DNA of 64,000 nucleotides from assembly GCF_009914755.1 (NCBI RefSeq), contig NC_060930.1; one strand, 5' to 3'. How positions within the stretch are numbered: position 1 is the stretch's first letter; every line of letters starts with the position of its first letter. Below are positions 1 through 15,162 of the stretch, piece after piece. The translations under genes and the position numbers were made by a program. Under the pieces are notes generated by a model. The model was given only the letters and a program-made list of their open reading frames with translations. It made no database searches and was not told the origin of the DNA. Source of the DNA: the human T2T-CHM13v2.0 reference genome, Homo sapiens.

Positions 1-149
1 TACTTTTTTCATTGAACATAAACATAAGTCGATGGCATTATTTTCTTGCTAACTTTCAGACTGCAGTACTTTGAAACTAAAGCAGGCATCAGCATTGTTC
101 ATAGAAGCCAAGGAGATAGTAGCACCTGTGCGTATGTGTAGTATTCAAG

Positions 150-1512
150 GACCCTGAAGTCAGGCTGAGTTTGCAAACCAATTTTACTACCACTGGCTAT
201 AAGGGAGGCCATATTTCCTCTCTGAGTCTCAATTTCTTCTCTGTAAAATGACAATTATAAGAGTACGTGTGTCATTTATTGCCAGGAATAAATGAGTGAA
301 TACAGTCATGCCCTGCGTAACAATATTTCAGTCCATGATGAACGGCATATCCTATAGTGGTCCCACAAGATTAAAATGGAGCTAAAATTTTGTATTGTCT
401 AGTGACATTGTAGTCATCTTAATGTCATAGCACAATGCATTACTCATGTGTTTGTGGTGATGTTGGTGTAAACAAGTCTACTGCCTTGCCAAGTCCTATA
501 AAACTATTATGCAAGTAGTACATTAACACTTGATAATGATAATAAACATCTTTGTTACTGGCTTAGGTATTTATTATACTTTTAATTGTTATTTAGAGTC
601 TACTTATTAAAAAACAAGTTAACTGTCAGCTTCAGGCAGGTCTTTCAGAAAGTATCCACAGGAAGCCTTTGCGATCATAGGAGATGACAGCTCTATGCAT
701 GTCATTGCCCCTGAAGACCTCCCAGTGGGACAAGATGTGGACGTGGAAGACGTGATATGGATGATCCTGACCCTGTGTAGGCCTAGGCTAATGTGTTTTT
801 ATGTCTCAGTTTTTTACAAAATAGTTTAAAAAATTCAAAATAGAAAAAAAGCTTATAGAGTAGGGATATAAATAAAGAAAATATTTTTGTAAAGTTGTAC
901 AGTGTGTTTGTGTTTTAAGCTAAGTGTTATTACAAGAGTCAAAAAGGCTAAAAAAGTAAAGTTATAAAACAAAAAAGTTACAGTGAGCTAAGGTTAATTT
1001 ATTATTGATGAATGAAAACATATAAATTTAGTGTAACCTAGGTGTACAGTGTTGATAAAGTCTACAGTAGTGGACAGTTATGTCCCAGGATGTCACATTC
1101 ACTCACCACTCACTGACTGACTCACCCAGAGCAACTTCCAGTCCTGCAAGCTTCATTCATGGTAAGTATCCTAGACACATGTACTATTTTCAAAAATCTT
1201 TTATACCATATTTTTATTGACCCTTTTCTATGTTTAGATACACAAGTACTTACCATTGTGTTGCAGATGCCTGCAGTACTCAGCACAGTAATGTGCTGTA
1301 CAGGTTTGTTGCCTGGAGCAGCAGGCTGTACCATAGAGCCTAGGTGTGTGGTGGGCTGTCCAGTCTAGGTGTGTGGAAGTGCACCCCATGATGTTCCACG
1401 GTGCATTCCTCAGAATCTGTCTCCATCATTAAGTGATGCATGGCTGCACATGCAGATTGTGTCGCACAGCATCTGTCACTTACTGAGCACTCAGCAAATG
1501 TTAACTTGTATC
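150..1512 (+). mobile_element. MIR SINE, split by Tigger3b (pieces ~150-302 and ~1447-1512)
   Basis: MIR core CTCTCTGAGTCTCAATTTCTTCTCTGTAAAATG before the Tigger. The MIR-like 3' end (CACTTACTGAGCACTCAGCAAATGTTA) resumes after it. Confidence 0.6.
303..1446 (+). mobile_element. Tigger3b (MER7-group TcMar-Tigger) non-autonomous DNA transposon
   Basis: TA at 301-302, then terminal inverted repeat (TIR) CAGTCATG...; ends ...GCATGGCTG at 1446. Internal sequence follows the Tigger3b consensus (GTGGTCCCACAAGATTAAAATGGAGCT; GGGACAAGATGTGGACGTGGAAGAC). Confidence 0.85.
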
Positions 1513-2160
1513 AGCTACAGTGGGTTTAGCACCACTTTAATGCTAGACTTTTACACTTTATGTACAATCTATCCAATCTTCACAATCTTGCAGAGTAGAT
1601 ATATGTTGTCATTTACAGATGATGAACCCTGGCAACAGAATGATTTGCCCATGGCCTTAGAAGAGATGAATGTCAGAACCAAAGGTCAATCCAGCTCTAG
1701 ACCACCAACCCCAACATTTTCTAACCTAATGTCTCCCGTCCAGAAGAGACAAATCTGAAAAACAAATCAAAATCCAAAAATAAAAGTCTTGCTTTGGACA
1801 CTCCCAATACCTCAAAAACCTGAAACATCACATCTTTTGTAGGTAAGCGACATGGTTTGGCTGTGTCCCCACCCAAATCTCACCTTGATTTGTAGCTCCC
1901 ATAATTTTCACGTGTTGTGGGAGGGACCCGGTGGGAGATAATTGAATCATGGGGGCAATTTCCCTCATGCTGTTCTTGTGGTCGTGTGCACAAACTGAAG
2001 TCTCACGAGATATGATGCTTTTATAAAGGGTTTCCGCTTTTGCTTGGTTCTCATTCTCTCTTGCCTGCTGCCACGTAAGGCATGCGTTTTACCCTCCGCC
2101 ATGATTGTGAGGTGTCCCCAGCCACGTGGAACTGTGAGTCCATTAAACTTCTTTTTCTTT

Positions 2161-3153
2161 TTTCTTTCTTTCTTTCTTTTTTTTTTCTTTTTTTCATTAT
2201 ACTTTAAGTTCTAGGGTACATGGGCACAATGTGCAGGTTTGATACATAGGTATATATGTGCCATGTTGGTTTGCTGCACCCATTAACTCATCATTTATCT
2301 TAGGTATTTCTCCTAATGCTATCCCTCCCCCGGTCCCCCACCCCCTCAGCAGGCCCCGGTGTGTGATGTTCCCCACCTTGTGTCCAAGTGATCTCATTGT
2401 TCAATTCCCACCTATGAGTGAGAACATGTGGTGTTTGGTTTTCTGTCCTTGTGATAATTTGCTGAGAATGATGGTTTCCAGCTTCATCCATGTCCTTGCA
2501 AAGGACATGAACTCATCTTTTTTATGACTGCATAGTATTCCATGGTGTATATGTGCCACATTTGCTTAATCCAGCCTATCATTGATGGACATTTGGGTTG
2601 GTTCCAAGTCTTTGCTATTGTGAAAAGTGCTGCAATAAACATACGTGTTCATATGTCTTTATAGTAGCACGATTTATAATCCTTCGGGTATATACCCAGT
2701 AATGGGATTGCTGGGTCAAATGGTAATTCTAGTTCTAGGTCCTTGAGGAATCGCCACACTGTCTTCCACAATGGTTGAACTAATTTACACTCCCACCAAC
2801 AGTGTAAAAGCGTTCCTATTTCTTCACATCCTCTCCAGCATCTGTTGTTTCTTGACTTTTTAATGATTGCCATTCTAACCAGCATGAGATGGTATCTCAT
2901 TGTGGTTTTGATTTGCATTTCTCTGATGATCAGGGATGATGAGCATTTTTTCATGTGTCTGTTGGCTGCATAGATGTCTACTTTTGAGAATTGTCTGTTC
3001 ATATCCTTTGCCCACTTTTTAATGGGGTTGTTTTTTTCTTGTAAATTTGTTTAAGTTCTTTGTAGATTCTGGATATTAGCCCTTTGTCAGATGGGTAGAT
3101 TGCAAAAATTTTCTCCCATTCTGCAGGTTGCCTGTTCACTCTGATGGTAGTTT
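2161..3153 (-). mobile_element. 5'-truncated L1 (~L1PA6): ORF2 C-terminus, 3'UTR and A-rich tail
   Basis: ORF 2649-3002 is the L1 ORF2 C-terminal region. The 3' end reads TGTACCCTAGAACTTAAAGTATAAT (minus). CCATGTTGGTTTGCTGC and GGTATTTCTCCT (plus) fit L1PA5-7. Confidence 0.9.
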
Positions 3154-3177
3154 ATTTTTGTTGTTGTTGTTGTTGTT

Positions 3178-5031
<1,854 letters not shown>

Positions 5032-6269
5032 CTAAACTTCTTTTTCTTTATAAATTACCTGGTCTCAGGTATGTCTTTATCAGCAGTGTGAAAATGGACT
5101 AATACAGTGAGAAAAGAAAGCTGATGAAAAACCAAAGGGAAGTTGGAAATGTGTTGTATTCACTGATTGAGGAGTCTGGGAAAAGTCCCAGCAAACCCCT
5201 TCCCCCATCCTCCATAAATCTGTCTTCCTAGACATGGCAGATCTGGGGAATATGGCATCACACAACTTCCAAAGGCCAGCAACCAAATAGAGGTCCCAGA
5301 GTCAAGCAGGTCACAGTTGCACAACCACACCCAACCTGAGGAGCTGTCAGCACATGGATACTCAGGAAACTGGATGTCTGCTTGTAGATCACAGCTTAGA
5401 GACCGGCGCTCTGTCTACCTTACCTACAGTGAAGGGTGGACAGCTTACCCTTTCAATCGCTAACACTCTCGGTAGATTTTTAGAGACATAGGTGCATAGA
5501 GAAAATACATCTCATTTTTAACTTTTTACCTTCTCCCTTTTCCTCACTCTCAGCTGACGACATGAGTTTTTATTTCTCTGAGAAACTAGAAACTAGAAGA
5601 GACTTTGCACAAACTTAACCCACCACACAAACCCACATGAATAGAATCTCACTCACATGCTTGCTTTCCAGGCAGTATCCACAGGTAAGTAACCCATGCT
5701 TCTTAATTTAAAGCCACTTCCTCTGCTTGTACATAGACATCCCCCATCGAAAGCTTAGCACAAGTGCTGCATGAGTTAAACTCATCGGACACCGCCTACT
5801 TCTATGAGGAGAAGAAAGATAACCAGAGAGAGAATCCATGAAAAAGACAGATGTCCTAACACTTACGGGCTTCGCAGTCTTAATTCCAGGGTCCATAGCT
5901 GGTTACATTAAACCTCGGAGTCCGCTGTGTCCTCATTAAAGCAAAAGACAAACTTCCAAGCCTACAAGTGTTGTATACCAAGTGTAGAATTAACTTTGTG
6001 TTTTATTTCCTCATAAACATCTCAGTTGTAAGGGGAAAACAAATGTGTAGCTTTATTATCTTGGGAAACTCTACAGAGCAGTTTTATTAAGAACTTTCTC
6101 TTCCTCTCCTAACTCTCTTAGCATAAATTTTTATTTCTCCCACTAAAATGTATCATTGCACTTAAAAAATGTTTATTTGTCTATCTATCTCTGAACTCTG
6201 GTTTTCAAAACTCTTGAAATCAATATAACATGGCATGTGCATTTATAAATAATTTAAAAGTGAATGAGG

Positions 6270-6430
6270 ATATACACACATATGTGTATACATATGTGTG
6301 TATATATAATCTGTGTATACGTGTGTGTATGTATATGTGTATGTGTATATGTGTTTATGTATGTGTGTGTATGTGTTTATATATCAGTGTGTGTTTATAT
6401 GTGTGTGTATAGAATATACATGTATATATT
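6270..6430. repeat. Degenerate (TG/TA)n low-complexity microsatellite
   Basis: Mixed TATGTGTGTA repeats visible directly. Confidence 0.85.
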
Positions 6431-7044
6431 CTTCTACAGCTGATAGGAATATGGTGCTGGTTAAGCTCTGAATTGTTTCTTCTCTTCTCCTAGAAACATT
6501 TAGAGAAATAAACTGAACAACCACAATCTGAAATTTTGGGGAAACTTTTGTGAAAACATGCAAACTCCAAATTGTTACCCCGTGTTGCCAAAGAAAGTGA
6601 GGGGAGCAGAATCCGCAGAAGAAGCTGCAGGGACGTTTTGGTGTGGTGGGAAGTGCAAGGAGAAGAGCGCTGCCTCAGGTACAGGAAACTGCGGTGCCCA
6701 GCTGGAGGCAGCGGCACCAGAAAGAGTGGCACCCAGCTGGAGGCAGCCCCATGCACAGGGCGGGGTTTCTGAGGGAGACAGGAAAGATGGTGGAGGAAGC
6801 TCTCCACAGGGAGCCAAAGGAAGCCCATCTCAGGAAGCACCTTCTTCTAAGAAGCATGCAAGAACGTGTTCTGACAGTTCTCTCCTCTGTGCTAGATCTT
6901 CACTCTGCCGATCACACAAAACCAAAAGAAAGAGAAAAAATATCTCCAAGATAACATTTCTGCATCTCAGAAGAGTAAGATACAAATAAGAGCATATATT
7001 TTCAATAGAAAATTCATATGCAAATAGTTTATGAACATAAGGAA

Positions 7045-7630
7045 ATACACAAGAAAGTTCTCATTCTCAATGCCACTCAGATGAAGAGATATGCAAATGT
7101 AAAATTACACTGAAATGCCACTTATCTCCTTTCAGATCAGCAAAATTTACAAAAACTTGACAACATAGTTTGTTAGTAAGGTCAAAAGAAAATATATACT
7201 CTTAATCCTGGTGGGAATACAAACTTCTATATTATTAAGGAGGGCAATTGGCAGCATATATTAAAATAAAATAAAATGAAAACTAAAACAGAATTGCCTT
7301 TATGTTTTGTACCAGCAATCCAATATCTTGAAATTTACTTTGCAGATGTAAATCTCTCATACAAAAAAGGAAGGCTATTCCTACCTACATTGGTACATTG
7401 GTACACATTTATTTGTGTAATGTTATTGGATAGTGAAAATTGCAAACAAGGTAGCCTGATACCCAAAACAAAAGGTGATAAATTTAAATTACTCAAAATT
7501 AAAAACATTCGCTCTTCAAAATATATTATCAAAAAATAATAAGTGAAGCCATAGGTTGGGAAAAAAATGTTTGAAAAAATTCGTCTGAGAAATGACGTGT
7601 ATCTAAAACAAGTACAGAACACTTAGAACA
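7045..7630 (+). mobile_element. Old L1M ORF2 3'-region fragments
   Basis: Degenerate L1 motifs (ATGCAAATGTAAAATTACACTGAAATGCCAC; AAAATTAAAAACATTCGCTCTTCAAAA). Confidence 0.6.
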
Positions 7631-7689
7631 CAATGAGAACCAAGAAGGCAGAGTTATGTCCCTGAGTAATTCAGTTCCAAGGGAAGGGA

Positions 7690-9095
7690 CTAGAAGTCAG
7701 TGTGTTAGTAGTATATGCTGAGCTGTATATATTAATACTATGATATTATGAGGAAGAGATCCATTCAGAAAAAAATATGCGTGGTTTGGAAGTAGAAAGA
7801 AAATAAAATAGTCTATAAGATTGGGAACTTTAAGTTCTGGAAAATAAAAGATTGTTTGGATCCAAACTCATATAAAAAAGGAAAAAAATGGGGGTGCTCA
7901 CTAAAACTTCTCACTTTAAGAGATTTGTAGCAAAGTCATTCAAGGAGATAGACTTCCTGCTTAAGCCTATGTACTCAGACTTCAGCAAGAGTTTCTGCTA
8001 AATGGAGAGAGAAGCAGGACGGCAAGAAATAAATTAACAAGGCAGACCTGAAAATATGTCAAGAAAAGGACACACTGTTTTTTGTTTACTGGCAACAACT
8101 CATAGGAAGCAAACAGATTAGAAGAGTGAAAAGATTGGGAGGAAATGTTGTTGCCAAAGAAACCATGAGGCTGATTTAAAAAAAAAAAATCCTGTAACAG
8201 TTTTGTTAGCCTCAGGAATAAACCCAATCCAAAACTGTACAGAGAACAGTCTACGAAAGCCAGGCAGCAGCCAAGGAAGGTGCACTCCTCAATCCCCAAG
8301 GCAGAGAAGGTCATCGGGAGAAATGCCAAAGGAGGGACCTCCCAGCAAACCCCGGCGAACAAGAAAGTTCATCTCAGAAGGCAAAGTTGAGGTCCCATCA
8401 AGGCATCCCCCCACCTTCAGATAGGGGTTCCTCACATGCCTTCCTGGCAAAAATGCCATGCAACCCCCCAGTCAGGGTTTCTCTTTTGCAGAGTGGAGCA
8501 TTCCTTATCACTGTTTGATCTTTTTATACTGGATAGGGATGCGTTGGGAAGATAAGTGTCATTTTAGGTCACTGAGCCCAAGGAACCGTATTTAGAACTC
8601 TGGAGAGGAATGATCATCACCTAAAGATTCTTGGGCTTTGGCCTGAATACAGGGACTGCATGGGACTCTGGTCATCTCCCTTGGATAAAAGTGATTATAT
8701 TCTATACATGAGGGGAAAAGTTGAAACTGCCATTTAGTGGTGATAAACCAGGCTGTGGCACATCTTTAAGTTACATCTGTTTTTCTCTTGTGTCTGGACC
8801 TTTCCTCCCCACATCCTGTATTTATAATATCCCATGTTTTGCTCTTTCCATTGACCTGATGTAGAAAAAAATATTGACTTTGGGAACTACATATCAAAGA
8901 TGGCAGAGCTTCCATCTGTCTGAATTACTAAAATGTCTGCAAGACAGCTTATCCTGCCTCTTTCTTTCCCCTAGCCCTGAGCTTGGTACCACTCAGGAAT
9001 GTTACTTGAACATGAAATAGTCTTGTGTTCTATTGCAAAGTTACCTCCTTTGGGGACAACTTATTTTTAGGTTGGTAACTACTATAACTGATGTA
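7690..9095 (+). mobile_element. Old MaLR (MLT1-type) internal remnant plus LTR (~8755-9095)
   Basis: AAGATGGCAGAGC motif and LTR-like 3' end. Upstream purine-rich sequence resembles MLT1-int. Highly degenerate. Confidence 0.4.
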
Positions 9096-9509
9096 TTATT
9101 TACCCGTGATGTAGTCTGTACCCTTAGTCTTTTGATACTAACTCTTGTAGCGTATACCATAATGGGCACCCACATTGCATCTGTACATACCCTCTCCCAG
9201 CTCTGAACACCCAGATTCCTGATAGTTCTGACCATCACAATCAATATTGCAACATAGTCCTCATTCCTGACTACTGCTAAACTTCTAATAATTTATTTTG
9301 AGGAGTGGCAAAATATATCATTTTTTTTCCTGGGCCATATGTATTTAACTTAACTTTTCATATATATGATGGATTTGTTAATAGATAATATCAACTACTT
9401 GCCACAATTTGGTAAAGAAAATAGACATAAACTAGATTTAAAAACTTTCTATGTCCAGCCGTCTACTCAACATCTCAATTTGCTGTACCAATTTGTCCAA
9501 AAAGTAGCT

Positions 9510-10880
9510 GAGTTTTCCTTTTGTTTCAGACCTGGCAATATTTCTGAATGAGAAAAAAAATCAAACAAGATTGGTCTAAGCAAAATAACATTTTTTCGAC
9601 CTCATGGAAACGTGAAGAGTCTAGGATCAACATGACTGCTCCACAGTAATCAGAACCATAGGTTCCTCCCATCTCCTCACCCCAACACCTTCTCACCCCT
9701 CCCACCTCTTAACCCTCCCACCTTCTCAATCCTCCCATCTTCTCACTCTTCCCACCTCCTCACTCCTCCCACCTCCTCACCCCTCCCACCTCTTCACCCC
9801 TCCCACCTCTTCACCCCTCCCATCTCCTCACTCCTCCCATCTCCTCGCCCCACCACCTCCTCACCCCTCCCACCTCCTCAGCCCTCCCACATTCTCACCC
9901 CTCCCACCTTCTCACCCCTCCCACCTCTTCACCCCTCCCATCTCCTCACTCCTCCCATCTCCTCACTCCTCCCATCTCCTCACCCCCCCACCTCCTCACC
10001 CCTCCCACCTTCTCACCCCTCCCACCTCCTCACTCCTCCCATCTCCTCACCCCTCTCACCTTCTCACTCCTCCCATGTTCTTGCCTCTCCCATCTTTTTG
10101 CTCTTGTCTTCTTATTGCCACTCCCACCTTCTTGCTCTTCAAGGCTCACACTCTGACTCTCACCTCAGGAGCTGAAATGCTTTCGTTAATTCTAGCCACC
10201 CAATATACGTTCTAGCCTTTGGAAGTAAGGAGAGATGAAGAAATATACAAATTTCCCCCGGCCTTTAAGGACACCTCCTAGAAATTTCACATAATTTAGG
10301 GTCTATGAAACAAACCTAATACATTTTTCCATGCATCATTTCTAATGAATTTGAGAAAGAACTCAAAGGAGTTGCAGACTGAAGCTAACATATAATTTTA
10401 ATGGCACAGAGAATCCTGATTGTATGTGTGTTGGTCAGGTGGTCACAGACAATACTGAACCTTCACACCAGACCACAGGCAGATTCCCCGTAGAGAAGCA
10501 GGGGTCATTTTCCCTGCAAGCATCTTATTCCAAAGAGAAAGAAAGGTAGAATGGAGCCAGGCATGTGTAGTTATTCTTTCCAAACTTACAAACCAATAGC
10601 CGCCCCCGCTACTAGGAGACAAAGAAGCCAGCAGAATGTTTTGGATAAATCCCTTTTCACAAAAACCAGAAGTTAAAACATTCATCTTTAACACACAGTA
10701 TAATATCTATATACTATATACTATACTATCCTCCTCGTGTTAGCTGGGACGTGATCACAGGGTCACATCTGAATGCAAGGAATCCTAGGCAATGTAGTAT
10801 CTACTCAAGGTGCTCTTGTGCTCCATTAAAATTTAGAGGTACTGTTCCTAAGGAAGGAGAAATTATCATTATTTGTGGCA
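9510..10880 (-). mobile_element. Fragmented old MLT1(J/K-like) LTR hosting the minisatellite
   Basis: MLT1-like segments flank the VNTR (CCTTTAAGGACACCTCCTAGAA; TGCAAGGAATCCTAGGCAATGTAGT). Confidence 0.4.
9664..10095. repeat. 17-bp C-rich minisatellite (CCACCTCCTCACCCCTC)n, ~25 copies
   Basis: Tandem units with variants CCACCTCTTCACCCCTC and CCATCTCCTCACTCCTC; almost no G on the plus strand. Confidence 0.9.
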
Positions 10881-11859
10881 CAAAGTACTGTTTTGTTTGC
10901 AGTCTTTCTTTTCTTTTCTTTTCTTTTTTGTCACCTGAATATTCCTGTGTATATTTCCTGTACATACTCTCTCCCCAAAAGACATGACCCCAGGGTAACC
11001 TCCAATTATTCTGCACATCATTCAAATGCCAGGATGTCTAGAGACTTGCAGACCTCTTCATCAAGGCTAGATATGAATCTTTGTGCCATGGTATCAATAA
11101 GATAAAAAATACGTCACCTGCCCATAACATGCCCAATGTGAAAGGGGAGTAGAAAGGGGATAACTTTAGAGAACCCTCTATTCAGGAAAGGGGGCAATGG
11201 AACCCACGGTCAGCGATGGGCAAGAACAATTTCAGACTCTGTGCGTGAGTCCATGCACTGCTGCCCCAGGCCAGATTCAGTGCTTTGGGTTGTCTCTGTT
11301 CCATGTGTCCAAGAGCCCCCACTTTCTCATTGTCTTTCTTGGCGCCTGACTTATTCCCTGGGAAGTTTTTCCTTCTTTAATATTTGTTCATGGTGAGCTT
11401 TAGGGAGCCCACTCTTCTGGGGCATTGTACAGACTTTTCAGCATCCTTCTTCATGAAGCGGATTCATGAGTCAGGACTACAGGTTGTTTTAGGGGTTACC
11501 TGATAGATGCTATTGAAATCCGTGTATATGATCTCTTTGGCAATACCATTTCCTATGAAAACTCTTCGCTGTCTGGTGTATTTGCATGTAGCCAGCCCCT
11601 TGTGTGAGTATTCCCACCCACAGTTTTTGTCTGTATGCTATGCTAAACCTGAAGACTCAGATCTTCTTTCTGTAGGTCTCTGTTCTGCCCAATATTCTCT
11701 TATCTTTAAACTGGCTGACAGCTATTTTATGGCCATCTAGAACAACAGGCTGTCATAGGGAAGAAATTCCTGTAGTCCTTTCACCTTCCTATGGCAGGAC
11801 ACTAGGCTTATCATCTGGTAAGATATAGTTTGACAGCTACGGCTAGGATGCCAATGCAA

Positions 11860-12150
11860 GTGACATCCTATACCTTTCTAGGTTCTGAATTATGGGCAGA
11901 CCTTACTTAAAACCCTACGTCAAATAATAATCCCTTTCCTGAAATTCCATAGCCCCTTTTCCCCTTCCCTGCCTGTGTTTCTCCATGGTTCTTAACACCA
12001 TCTGGCAGACTCTATTTTACTCATAAGGCTGTTTACTTTCTGTTGGAATGGACGCTCCAGAAGGGCTGTGCTTTGTTTTATTCGATGCTATAGCCCAGGG
12101 TGGGGAATAGCAGTGCCTGCTTCTACCATGTGCTCAGTGACTATTCGTAG
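11860..12150 (+). mobile_element. L2 3' end
   Basis: GGAATGGACGCTCCAGAAGGGC...ATAGCAGTGCCTGC...TGCTCAGTGACTATT resembles the L2a 3' terminus. Confidence 0.55.
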
Positions 12151-12954
12151 AACAATGCCCAGTCCTATTGAGTCATGGGTCCACTGGGAGGGAGCAAAAT
12201 AGATAATTCTCTTTCAACTCTATTGTTCTATTAATTTGCATTTTCATCATATAGTAGTCGAAAAGTTCAAGGAATCTCTGCTGTGTGCTTCTGGGGTCTC
12301 AGGACTCACACTCTTCCACCAGACAACACATGCGTTATTGGCGGTACACCTGCACTCTCCCTTTGTTGAAAAGGCATGAATGTATAGACACAATATTTTA
12401 AGTAGTAAACGAGCACATGTTACTTTAAAAATTCTTTCCTTTCAGAAAAGTTTTATTATTGAGCTTCTTCTCTGTGTTAGTGGCCTTAACAGCACTGAGA
12501 ATGTGAGGAAAGAAAAAGCACAACCCGTGTCTTCAATGCCAGCAGAACTCTGGACACTTACATCTGGAAGTAAATCCGTCTGAGTCAGTGCAATGTGTTA
12601 TAATGGAGGGAGGCACTAAGGAGGAAATTGGAGGCCAGGATAACTCTTCCAGGGTGCGTGACAACAGAGGATGGGAATCAGGAGCAAATTTCCACAGAAA
12701 AACAATGATAAAATCGCCCATGCTCTTCAGGGGCCACAGCCTAAACCTAGACCCCCAGCGCACCCTAACTCTGGGCTCTGAACTCAGCCACCAAGCCGCT
12801 GCAGCTCCCCCACCCACTGAGCACTCCCAACGGCAAGCGCACCTCTTCTGTCTCATCTATCCTATCAAACTGAGATGAATTTCCACTGATTCTTATAAAT
12901 TCTCCTCCACACATGTCTAGTTGTCATTTTACAAACTCATTTTATTCAGTATAA

Positions 12955-13310
<356 letters not shown>

Positions 13311-15162
13311 GGGTGTTACTATTTTAACATAAGCAAAGGAGTATTGAAATTGGAAAAATAATTTGACGCTGGGAATGAGTTGCCAAAGCAGGAAGGAGGA
13401 AGGAGTTATCTGGGGTCAGAGGAAGTGTCTTGGTACTCCTAAAATCATAGCAGAAGCAGCCACCGTCTCTGCAGTTGGTGAAGTCTGATTCCTCATTGTT
13501 TGTGGAATGCCTTGGATGCAGGGAATCCTGACCTGCTGATTCCAAGCACATATGATGACGCCCACTTGAGGGGAGTCCAGTAGCAGTCTCTGATAGTCTT
13601 TAAACACATGGCGCCAGGATGTGCTTGGTTTATTTTAGGACAGAGGTTTCCACATGGGGGAATTGCAATGATTTGAACCAAACTAATTTCTCCCCTCTCT
13701 ACAACTGATAACACATGGCCTTGATTAGAGATACTCAGGAGTGCCTTTTTAAAATTCACATATCTTTCTGCACAAAAACTAATGGTCCATTGAGTCAGGA
13801 TTCTGCATGTGATGGTAGTTGGTGCCAGATGTTCCAGAGGAAAGCAGACATCCCCACAATGAAGCTAACCATGAAAAACTCAAGCACAGGGAGAAATCCT
13901 TTCTGACCCCAGGTGGAAATCAATCACAGGTCTTGAAGCAAAGGATCATTACTGTTGGCAAAATTTCGTATTGGCAAGTGCTGTTGCAAACACGATTTTT
14001 TCATACAAATTAAGCTAAATGCATTATGAACAGTTGGTAACTATTAACAGTTACTACACTTTTCAACACTCTTTAACAATTTTCCTCAACTCCTACCATG
14101 TTAATAGATGTGTTAATCACTGCCTAAACAAGGCAAATAATGAGACATCTTAATTTGCCACTATAGATGGAGAAAGAGGAATATTGGAACTATAATGACA
14201 AAAAACACACATTTAAAAGAGATGTTTTCTTAGATATGACGGTAATGAGAATCTTGGGATGTTCAGGGAAAATTTTTAATAACTAATTGAGAATACAAAA
14301 GAAATATATGCAGAGATGTTTCTGTGTACCTCACACTGTTACTTATAAAGTCAGAATTGGGAGCAGTGGTGGAGAAGCTAAATAGAGTATTTTTATGGGA
14401 TCCACCTCTCTGCCACCAGTGATTTCATGAAATATATTTATGAATAAATGGTTATGAAAACATATGCAATGTGATTCAGTCAAGGTTATCAGTCTATGTA
14501 TTGTGGAAAGATACCAAAAATTTTTTAAAAGTCTCTTAGAATGGATTCATTATGTTACATTTCTCTTTATTTTTGTCTGTGAAAAATATGTATTACATTG
14601 TAGTCTAGGAAATATAAGTTGTTTTGAGAAAAAACATACCAATACTACGGTTGTTTAAAACAAAAAGCTCCATCCGAAGTCAGGCACTCTCTTCAACAAT
14701 TCTCTTTGGAATGGTGACACAGGTTAGACTTTTCCAAAAGATCTTTAACAAACTCTGAGAGAGAGAATAAAACAGAAACAGCAAAGAAAAAAACAGGAAA
14801 CATAAAAACAGCCAAGCTTTCAAACTACAGGTTTCGTAGCCCATAATAACTACTTTCTAAGCTTGCATACTGTGTTTTAGTCGTCATCCTGTCTTGTTCT
14901 AGCCCAGAGGTTGAGTACAACTATTCAGACAACATGCTGTAACTCCTGCACTTTCAGCTCTAGGCAAAGATTCCATCTTATTTTCAAAACACACAAAAAA
15001 GTTATCTTCAGGCCATCCCAAATTCTCCCTTCCATGAAGTGAAAAAACACCGAATTCAGGTAAGGGCCTATTTATTCTGATTTTTGTTGAGGGATATCAA
15101 TGATTGGAAGCCAATTGAAAGGCCTTTTGTAACTGATAAAATTAATGAATCTGCTCTTCAAA

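Noticed and set aside
2110-2126. PRDM9 hotspot motif in the THE1 LTRs and the C-rich VNTR
   Set aside because: The THE1 copies read GTGTCCCCAGCCAC and CCTCCCCAGCCAT, not CCTCCCTAGCCAC. The VNTR registers I tested do not match CCNCCNTNNCCNC.
6558-6989. 143-aa ORF as an established protein-coding gene
   Set aside because: No recognisable domain or homology, and several overlapping frames are open because of local GC content. Kept only as a hypothetical smORF in a finding.
9664-10095. CRISPR-like array or telomere-like repeat
   Set aside because: Contiguous tandem units without unique spacers, not TTAGGG-based, in a eukaryotic context.
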